Below are positions 1 to 5,954 of a DNA stretch of 12,749 bases, piece by piece. The notes under the pieces are model-generated. The model saw nothing but the letters and a program-made list of their open reading frames with translations, had not been told where the DNA came from and made no database searches. Where the stretch lies: the NCBI GenBank assembly GCA_038523235.1, contig JBCBJQ010000142.1:1-12749 (forward strand), in the 5' to 3' direction. Every line of letters begins with the position of its first letter. Position 1 is the first letter of the stretch. Both the position numbers and the translations under genes were made by a program. The DNA comes from Cyanobacteria bacterium J06626_4. GTDB lineage: Bacteria; Cyanobacteriota; Cyanobacteriia; Phormidesmidales; Phormidesmidaceae.

Positions 1-40
1 GCGGCATTATGCCAAAATCCAGGCAGACAACCCCCTCTGA

Positions 41-69
41 ACGGCAGAAAACTTACTTTCCAGAGTACT
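41..69. repeat. Right end of a small dispersed element; same end motif as 5030-5058
   Basis: ACGGCAGAAAACTTACTTTCCAGAGTACT matches ACGGTAAGAAACTTAGTTTCCAGAGTACT (5030-5058) at 25/29 positions. Confidence 0.7.
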
Positions 70-70
70 A

Positions 71-116
71 AATCAGAGGATTAGGTAGAAAGTTTCCCTC
101 TAATAAATAGTTGTTC
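71..116 (+). other. attI-like site A (5'-truncated), crossover G110/TT
   Basis: AATCAGAGGATTAGGTAGAAAGTTTCCCTCTAAT resembles AATCAGGCGATTAGGTTGCAAGATTTCCACCTAAT (3234-3268). It ends AATAAATAGTT like 3306-3316. It is not an attC hairpin, yet a cassette starts at its GTT. Confidence 0.6.
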
Positions 117-167
117 TGACTGGGATGAAATGTTATCGCTTGGGAACCCTATCTGCTGGCCCAGTCA

Positions 168-251
168 GACCAACATTCCGTTGGAACCGACACTGCCTTT
201 AACCGCCTGACGACGCTGAGTCGGCAGTGCGGTTCAACTCCACCGTTAGAC
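168..251 (+). other. attC site 1 (84 bp)
   Basis: R'' GACCAAC 168-174. Arm GTTG[G]AACCG[A]CACTGCC pairs with GGCAGTGCGGTTCAAC, leaving two extrahelical bases. R' GTTAGAC 245-251. Confidence 0.9.
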
Positions 252-716
252 CGCCAATGTTGCCGACACTTTTTCCATCGCTGTGGCAAAGTCTGACAGC
301 ACTTTCGCCGACTCTTTGAGCTGGCTACCTTTTTGGTCACTAAACTGACGCATCAGACTATCGGCACATTGACGATACAGCGACGCAATCTCTGCATAGC
401 GGTCTTGCGTAATGCCTATCTCAATTGAACGACGATCCGTTTTTGACGGTCGGCGCTCCACAAGACCAGCCTTCTGCAGTCGGTCAATCAATGCAGTCAC
501 AGATCCGCTGGTTAGACCAATACTTTCGCCAATGATCCTTGGTGTAAGTGGAGCATCTTCCAAAAGATTCAGCACGCGCAAATCATTACGGTGTATGCCA
601 AGGTGTTCGGAGATTGCATAGTCAATCGCATCGATGGCCGCATGGATCCTTCGGCCTGCAATGAGTATGGTTTCGAGGTTTCTAGGGTCATTCAAAACAT
701 TTACCTTGACGATCAA
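246..716 (-). CDS. MarR-family transcriptional regulator (start could be TTG at 716 or 695)
   Basis: Winged-HTH motifs LTSGSVTALIDRLQKAGLVERRPSKTDRRSIEI. The stop codon TAA is the TTA of the attC core GTTAGAC. Confidence 0.93.
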   Translation of the reverse strand: MIVKVNVLNDPRNLETILIAGRRIHAAIDAIDYAISEHLGIHRNDLRVLNLLEDAPLTPRIIGESIGLTSGSVTALIDRLQKAGLVERRPSKTDRRSIEIGITQDRYAEIASLYRQCADSLMRQFSDQKGSQLKESAKVLSDFATAMEKVSATLAV

Positions 717-719
717 GAT
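705..719. promoter_or_regulatory. Candidate MarR operator palindrome
   Basis: CTTGA-CGA-TCAAG(AT) inverted repeat at the marR start. Further TCAAG/CTTGA half-sites lie in the divergent spacer (~740, ~774, ~795). Confidence 0.45.
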
Positions 720-811
720 TCTTTACGTTCTAATTATATCAAGTGTGGGCAACTTGCCTGGAAAACCAGTTGTCAAGATATAGCCGTCATCAATCTTGAA
801 TGGAGAAATAA

Positions 812-1345
812 ATGGGAATTGTGCTGTCTGGAGTTATCTTGCTCATCGTTCTACTACTCGTGTTAGCAGTCTTTTTGCCTAATGTGGTTCGATATTCAGA
901 GAAGATTATTGTTAATGCCCCAGTCGAGCAGGTGTATGACAATATTCGATGGCAAGAGCGGCTGATGCAATGGTCTGCATGGCCTGAAGCAACTGGCTCA
1001 ACCTGTTCGGTCGAGAATACGGATGGGAGCATTGGTGCCCGTACTGTCTTTTTTAATGAAGGTAAGCGCTTTGGCCACCAGGAAATCATTGACCTCACAC
1101 CAAATCAAAAAGTCTCTCTGACCTTAGTGAACAGTGGGCCATTGAAGCATTTGCCCTATCTTGACTTCAATCTATGCGCTCTTTCCACAACCCAAACAGA
1201 GGTCAGATTAGACTTTGCTAACACTTACCAAAAGCCCTTTCAGGTACCTGCAAAATTGCTCGGTATTGTCAAATGGACTCGTGCCCTTCAAATAAAGGAT
1301 CTTGAAGGTTTGAAAGCTTATTCTGAATTTCAAAAAGCCTTGTAA
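812..1345 (+). CDS. SRPBCC (START/polyketide cyclase-like) family protein with N-terminal membrane anchor
   Basis: Hydrophobic N-terminus, then IIVNAPVEQVYDNI...WSAW...DGSIGA and C-terminal helix KDLEGLKAYSE. RBS-like GGAG at 802-805. Confidence 0.85.
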   Translation: MGIVLSGVILLIVLLLVLAVFLPNVVRYSEKIIVNAPVEQVYDNIRWQERLMQWSAWPEATGSTCSVENTDGSIGARTVFFNEGKRFGHQEIIDLTPNQKVSLTLVNSGPLKHLPYLDFNLCALSTTQTEVRLDFANTYQKPFQVPAKLLGIVKWTRALQIKDLEGLKAYSEFQKAL

Positions 1346-1406
1346 TATGCCGGTTTCTTGTTGATCGTTTGCATGATGAATGGTTTAGTGGTCTAACTTA
1401 AGTGTG

Positions 1407-1490
1407 GTCTAACAATGCCCATGCACCCGATCAAGAGGTTTCTGGTGAATATTCAAGGTCACTTACAGCGGGTGATGGACAACGTTGGGA
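1407..1490 (+). other. attC site 2 (84 bp)
   Basis: R'' GTCTAAC 1407-1413, 5-nt spacer, CCAT[G]CACCCG pairing with CGGGTGATGG (1469-1478), 5-nt spacer, R' GTTGGGA 1484-1490. Confidence 0.88.
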
Positions 1491-1507
1491 GCTGATGGAC
1501 AGTCACT

Positions 1508-1924
1508 ATGAATGAACCTACAGTACTAAACAGCAATGGATTGAGCCCCATCGCACTTGCGACCCTGCCTGTCGAAGTCCAACAGCGCATCGCCGCTGCT
1601 TGGGCACACGGACGGGCGCTAATTCTCAATGCCAACAAGCCTGGCTATTCTGAAGCTTTCTCGATTGAGGCAGAGCAGTACATGCTCCTAAGAGACTGCA
1701 TTCTCAACGCCGTAGAGTCGTTGACCCGCGACAGTGGTGAGGCGCTTCTAAAGGATGTTGTGGCCATATCCCAGAGCACGCTAGGACGGAACGCGCGATT
1801 CCCGAAAGGGCGGATGACTAACTACACGCGATACGTCAAGACGGACTTGGAAGCTCGGGGTGAGATTGAACGTGTCCCTCAAAGCTCGCCGCAGCGGATT
1901 CGTCGGGTATTGAGTGCGAGTTAA
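1508..1924 (+). CDS. Hypothetical protein, DUF6958-like (family recognised from memory)
   Basis: Single ORF filling cassette 3. C-terminal motif YVKTDLEARGEIERVPQSSPQRIR. Confidence 0.7.
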   Translation: MNEPTVLNSNGLSPIALATLPVEVQQRIAAAWAHGRALILNANKPGYSEAFSIEAEQYMLLRDCILNAVESLTRDSGEALLKDVVAISQSTLGRNARFPKGRMTNYTRYVKTDLEARGEIERVPQSSPQRIRRVLSAS

Positions 1925-1953
1925 TGGTTAAGGTAAACCAATGAGTGGGACCC

Positions 1954-2053
1954 GCCCAACAAGTAGGTGCAGTGGACTACTTTACCCGCGAGCCGAATTT
2001 GCTACCGCAAATTGCCTTACAACTAAAGTAGCCGCTTATCTTGGTCGTTATGC
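1954..2053 (+). other. attC site 3 (100 bp)
   Basis: R'' GCCCAAC 1954-1960. AGGT[G]CAGTGG[A]CTACTTTA pairs imperfectly with TAAAGTAGCCGCTTATCT. Inner hairpin AATTTGC-TACC-GCAAATT. R' GTTATGC 2047-2053. Confidence 0.85.
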
Positions 2054-2889
2054 GAGCAAACAGACGAACAATTGGTGAGCTCGGCATGATCGAGTTCGGT
2101 TTCTCAAGTAGCGGGACCAGGGTGATCTTCCTTCATGGCGGGCCTGGCCTTTACGGATACATGCAGACTTTTTGCGAATCCTTCGCCGAACACTGTAGTG
2201 CGATCTACTACGAACAAAGAGGTTCAAAACAAGGAGACATGGGTATTGGGATTCACCATCATCTCCAAGACTTAGAACAAATTGTGGATTATTATTCCAA
2301 CGAATCCAAACCCATCATAGTTGGGCATTCATGGGGTGCCATGTTGGCCATTCTTTTTGCTGGCCGCTATCCGAAGTCAATTCAGAAAGCAATTCTGACC
2401 AGTTGCGGCCCATTGAATCAAGTCCAAGGTGATGAATTTCAAAAAGTAATTAATGTCCGATTTGGCGATCGTAAAGAATACTACGATAATCTTTGGAATG
2501 CCATCGATGAGGAAAATGACGAGACGAAGCAGCAGAAACTGGCAGACCACTATATCGATAATATTATGGAAATCTACCAAATGGATTCCGTTTCTGGTTC
2601 AAAAATCCAACCACGCTATTGGGACTACAAAGGTGCACATAAAACGATGTGTGAATCTGACGAGTATATGTTCAAAGGTGAGTATGAGAGTGCTTTATCC
2701 AAAATCCACACTCCATTGACAGTTATTCATGGAACATACGACATCATGAGTCCTGATTCTATTTTTAGCTTGGTTCGGAAGCATGTTCCACATGCGAGAA
2801 CATTTGAGCTGGCGAGAGCCGGTCATTACCCATGGGCTGGACCTCGCCGCGAGGAATATCTCGAGATCCTAAAGCAGGAAGTGAAGTAG
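2050..2889 (+). CDS. Alpha/beta hydrolase, proline-iminopeptidase-like
   Basis: Motifs HGGPG, EQRG, nucleophile elbow GHSWG, HGTYD and AGHYPW. I prefer ATG 2050 (or 2086) over the 2041 start, which lies inside the preceding attC. Confidence 0.92.
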   Translation: MRANRRTIGELGMIEFGFSSSGTRVIFLHGGPGLYGYMQTFCESFAEHCSAIYYEQRGSKQGDMGIGIHHHLQDLEQIVDYYSNESKPIIVGHSWGAMLAILFAGRYPKSIQKAILTSCGPLNQVQGDEFQKVINVRFGDRKEYYDNLWNAIDEENDETKQQKLADHYIDNIMEIYQMDSVSGSKIQPRYWDYKGAHKTMCESDEYMFKGEYESALSKIHTPLTVIHGTYDIMSPDSIFSLVRKHVPHARTFELARAGHYPWAGPRREEYLEILKQEVK

Positions 2890-2964
2890 CATATCAAGTC
2901 GGTCGTCACAACTCCGGCATCGCTCCGCGCTACCTCCGCGTTATGTGGCACGGTTGCGTCGGCG
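2889..2964 (+). other. Degenerate attC site 4
   Basis: R''-like GCATATC (AAC changed to ATC) at the hydrolase stop, then AAGTC spacer and GGTCGTCAC. R' is either GTTATGT 2940-2946 (L' largely lost) or GTCGGCG 2958-2964 (after TGTGGCAC, which pairs with GT[C]GTCACA). Confidence 0.6.
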
Positions 2965-3176
2965 AGCGATCGCCTACAACAGCAACTCACCTGATAAATT
3001 ACGGATTGAACACAATCCCCACGGCTCTCCTGCGATCGTGGTCAAAACTGTATCCAGCGATACACTCTGCTTTTTCTCCAGTTCTGGTATTGCCTGGATC
3101 TCAAGGCTTAGCCACTTTCGCTATCAACGTGCCCCCAGGAGAGCTGGGGTTTGAGAGATTGCTTATACTGAATGCG

Positions 3177-3299
3177 TCTACCTAATCACCCATATCAGGG
3201 TATTAGGCTGACGAATTTCCACCTAAACACCCAAATCAGGCGATTAGGTTGCAAGATTTCCACCTAATCCCCCATATAGGGGAGTTATGTGGAATGCGT
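3177..3299 (+). repeat. Three tandem 41-bp imperfect palindromic units
   Basis: ACCTAA at 3180, 3221 and 3262. Units are CCTAAT-N15-ATTAGG, CCTAAA-N15-ATTAGG and CCTAAT-N15-GTTATG. GAATGCGTC flanks the array at 3170 and 3292. Confidence 0.9.
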
Positions 3300-3320
3300 C
3301 AGTCCAATAAATAGTTATGC
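3177..3320 (+). other. attI-like site B, crossover G3314/TT
   Basis: Repeat units followed by CCAATAAATA-GTTATGC. The GTTATGCCGC matches the GNAT cassette end 10/10, and there is no attC hairpin upstream. Confidence 0.65.
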
Positions 3321-3437
3321 CGCTGATTAGTTGGTGAGGGCACAGCCGAAAGCCTACCTGTTGGTGCTTAGAGTTAAGGTAGTGCAAAGCTGTTGGGGCA
3401 GGCGGTGCTTTGAAGCTATTGGTAAGGCGATCGCAAT

Positions 3438-3950
3438 ATGGTGTTGGAAACTAAACGGTTAATTTTGCGAGAAATGGCTCTCCATGACATGGATGATTTA
3501 CTTGAAGTCCTCTCTGATCCTGAAGCAATGAAGTTCTATCCACAACCATTTGACCGCCAAATGACTCAGACGTGGATTGAGCGAAATGTCCAGAGGTATG
3601 CTCAATATGGGTTTGGGCTGTGGGCGTTAATTCTTAAGCAAACTGGCAAACTGATTGGCGATTGTGGTTTAGTAGTGCAGGAAGTTGATGGTGTTGAAGA
3701 AGTAGAAATTGGTTATCATATCTGTCGTGATTTATGGGGAAAAGGTTTAGCAACGGAAGCCGCTCAAGCCTGTCGTGACTATGGGTTTACCCAATTAGGT
3801 TTTGATAAACTCATTTCATTAGTAAATCCTGCTAACATTGCTTCTTGTCGTGTTGCCGAAAAGAATGGAATGAGCCTGATCAAAGAGATGGAGTGGCGAA
3901 ATAAGCCGACCTCTGTTTATGCAGTTGAACGCAGTAACAGCGCGGCATAA
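3438..3950 (+). CDS. GNAT N-acetyltransferase, RimJ/RimL family
   Basis: LETKRLILR start, EIGYHI...WGKGLATEAA, NIASCRVAEKNGM. The stop TAA lies inside attC R'' GCATAAC. Confidence 0.95.
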   Translation: MVLETKRLILREMALHDMDDLLEVLSDPEAMKFYPQPFDRQMTQTWIERNVQRYAQYGFGLWALILKQTGKLIGDCGLVVQEVDGVEEVEIGYHICRDLWGKGLATEAAQACRDYGFTQLGFDKLISLVNPANIASCRVAEKNGMSLIKEMEWRNKPTSVYAVERSNSAA

Positions 3951-4031
3951 CAACCCGGCTGGAGCGGACTTTTGGGAGATCTTGGTTGTGTTACAAAGGT
4001 TACTTTCAGCCGCTCAGCCGGAACGTTACAC
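3945..4031 (+). other. attC site 5 (87 bp)
   Basis: R'' GCATAAC 3945-3951. CCGGCTG[G]AGCGG[A]CT pairs with AGCCGCTCAGCCGG. R' GTTACAC 4025-4031. Confidence 0.92.
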
Positions 4032-4141
4032 CTAGATAAAACATATCGACATCGACAATGGTATTCTTGGCCGATCGCCAACTGATCAGGGGCAGCCCCT
4101 GTCAGTATGGACTTTGGTCATCGCAGCCAATGTTTCAAATA

Positions 4142-4228
4142 CTCCAGTTATCTAAATGGGCATGGTTTTGAGCCGTTTTATGATGCAAGCTGTAGCGTCT
4201 AAAACGCCCCATTTCCCAACAACTGGAG
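4142..4228. repeat. Imperfect palindromic element (MITE/REP-like)
   Basis: Nested inverted arms CTCCAGTT/AACTGGAG, AAATGGG/CCCATTT and GTTTT/AAAAC. Confidence 0.5.
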
Positions 4229-4301
4229 ATGGAGTTCTGACCTTTTTTCAAAGTCCTCAACCAATTGCGATCGCCCCTACCTGATTGATTACAAAGGAGC
4301 T

Positions 4302-4859
4302 ATGATGCCATCTGACATCGTCCTCATTGGCCCTCAAGGCGTCGGCAAATCGACCGTAGGAGAACTGCTGGCCAAACAGTTGGCGCTGCCTCAATGCTCA
4401 ATGGACGAACTGCGCTGGGGCTATTACGACGAGATTGGCTACGACCCAGCCCTTGCTCAGCAAAAACGTGAAGCGGGTGGGGCCTGGTCCATCATTCAAT
4501 ATTGGCAGCCGTTTGAGGCCCATGCGGTCGAGCGGTTGCTAGCAGAACAGTCCAACTGCGTCATTGATTTTGGGGCCGGTCACTCGGTCTACGAGGATGC
4601 AGCGCTATTTGCTCGGGTGCAGCGCGCCCTCGCCCCCTATCCCCATGTGGTATTGCTACTGCCTTCACCTGATCTGGATGAGTCTGTGAGAATTTTGGCC
4701 GATCGCAACCGCGATTTACCCGACGATATTCGCCAGACCAACGAACACTTCGTCCACCATCCCTCCAACGCTAAGCTGGCCAAATTCACGGTATACACCA
4801 AGGGCAAAACACCGGAAGAGACCCGCGACGAAATTTTGCAGTGGGTGCGATCGCGCTGA
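4302..4859 (+). CDS. Shikimate-kinase-like P-loop kinase
   Basis: Walker A GPQGVGKST, CSMDEL, VIDFGAG, C-terminal TKGKTPEE. RBS AAGGAG just upstream. Confidence 0.85.
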   Translation: MMPSDIVLIGPQGVGKSTVGELLAKQLALPQCSMDELRWGYYDEIGYDPALAQQKREAGGAWSIIQYWQPFEAHAVERLLAEQSNCVIDFGAGHSVYEDAALFARVQRALAPYPHVVLLLPSPDLDESVRILADRNRDLPDDIRQTNEHFVHHPSNAKLAKFTVYTKGKTPEETRDEILQWVRSR

Positions 4860-4879
4860 ATTCCCCCGATCGCCCTTGA

Positions 4880-5056
4880 TACAGCGTGAGTTAAGTTTTC
4901 GACCTTTAGTGACGGAGGCTTGATCCCCCCAACCCCCCTTAAAAAAGGGAGCAGACCAATTCTGGAAGTAAATAGCCCCTTTTTTAAGGGGGCGGCGACA
5001 GCGGGGGATCAAGCGACTATCGCAGCGATACGGTAAGAAACTTAGTTTCCAGAGTA
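4880..5056. mobile_element. 177-bp non-autonomous MITE-like element enclosing a REP-like palindrome
   Basis: Ends TAC-N9-TAAGTTTTC ... GAAACTTA-N9-GTA. Internal perfect inverted repeats GCTTGATCCCCC 4918-4929 / 5003-5014 and CCCCCTTAAAAAAGGG 4934-4949 / 4977-4992. Confidence 0.6.
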
Positions 5057-5069
5057 CTTAACATCACGC

Positions 5070-5099
5070 AAAAAAAAGCGGGAACGTGAGTTCCCGCTT
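5070..5099 (-). terminator. Rho-independent terminator of cp12
   Basis: Stem AAGCGGGAAC / GTTCCCGCTT with a 4-nt loop. The A8 run at 5070-5077 gives a U-tract on the minus strand. Confidence 0.85.
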
Positions 5100-5176
5100 G
5101 CAGACCATGCTGTCCAATTTGTTGAGAGAAGTTGTCAAAGAGTGTCACCTCTTGGGGGAGGCTTGCCGATCAGTGA

Positions 5177-5473
5177 TTAGTCACAGTAGATGCGGGCTTC
5201 AGGAGCCTCAGGGTTAGCGACACAGTAGCGGGCAAAAGCCGACAGGTGAGGCTGTCTTTGCTCGCGATCCGCCTTGCGCAGTTCGTCAACGGTTTCCCAC
5301 GCGATCGCGACTTCCATCGTATTGGAGCCATACATCGCCGTCAGCCGCCGCGCATGTTCGAGGGCGGCTTCGAGGCGGGTTTGCAGCGAAGGCCGAGCCT
5401 GAACACTGACCTCAGAAACAGGAGCCGGAGCGGTCGAAACAGCGGAAGTCGGAGCAGTTGTGATGTAGACCAT
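5177..5473 (-). CDS. cp12: CP12-family Calvin cycle regulatory protein, atypical cysteine pattern
   Basis: Core AWETVDEL (cf. AWDxVEEL) and C-terminal FARYCVANPEAPEARIYCD. Confidence 0.88.
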   Translation of the reverse strand: MVYITTAPTSAVSTAPAPVSEVSVQARPSLQTRLEAALEHARRLTAMYGSNTMEVAIAWETVDELRKADREQRQPHLSAFARYCVANPEAPEARIYCD

Positions 5474-5954
5474 GACGTTTACCTAAACCTATATCTGCAA
5501 GGTGTCTCGTGACTTGTTAATACTTTATCGATAAATTAAGTGGATGAGAATAGCTATTAAATATAAGTTTTTTCTATCCTTTATGAGGTTTCCTTAACAG
5601 TGGCGTCAATGGGTTTTACCCAGCGGGTGAGTGGCAAGCCTCGGCTGGCAAGTGCGCTGAGGGCGGTTGTTCCACCAATCTAGATGGCGAGCCGCTCAAC
5701 CTAATCCGCGCGATCGGCCAGTCTGATGAGAGAAAAAAAGGCGATCGCGCCGCATTTTCAGCGTGACGTTATCGCCTCTGATGGCTGCTATATCGCGCAT
5801 CTCAGCCAACGAGATCGGCAGCAATCACGCGACCATTACCATGACTTGAGGCTCACGAACTCCGAGAAATTTCTGATTCTTTAAAACCAACAGGGAGCGA
5901 TCGCTGTACCGATAACAGACCGACATTCACTCACCTGTTTTTTGGAGAATCACT

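Larger units (their letters stand above)
71..4031 (+). mobile_element. Integron-like gene cassette region without an integrase in the window (CALIN-like): two attI-like sites, five cassettes
   Basis: Five attC-like hairpins in the same orientation, four of them directly downstream of ORFs. Start core vs end inverse core of each cassette: GTTGTTCTGACTGGG 110-124 / CCCAGTCAGACCAAC 160-174; GTTAGAC 245 / GTCTAAC 1407; GTTGGGA 1484 / GCCCAAC 1954; GTTATGC 2047 / GCATATC 2889; GTTATGCCGC 3314 / GCGGCATAAC 3942. No tyrosine recombinase ORF is seen. Confidence 0.88.

Noticed and set aside
149..1098. ORFs 149-340, 412-621, 591-866 and 790-1098
   Set aside because: They overlap the marR or SRPBCC genes or attC1 in other frames and lack recognisable motifs.
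2041..2049. Hydrolase start at 2041 as in the ORF track
   Set aside because: It lies upstream of the crossover point, within the previous cassette's attC.
2965..3170. Remnant of intI next to attI-like site B
   Set aside because: Minus-strand translations show no recognisable IntI N-terminus or tyrosine recombinase motif. ORFs 2832-3185 and 2945-3154 run through the attC and look spurious.
3177..3299. Mini CRISPR array
   Set aside because: Units are head-to-tail with similarity along their whole length and no unique spacers; no cas genes in the window.
4302..4859. Kinase as a sixth cassette, or as bona fide aroK
   Set aside because: No attC follows and it carries HIP1 sites at both ends. 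The sequence supports only a shikimate-kinase-like fold, so no symbol is given.
4716..5012. 98-aa minus-strand ORF
   Set aside because: Spans the palindromic repeat and the antisense of the kinase; no protein-like features.
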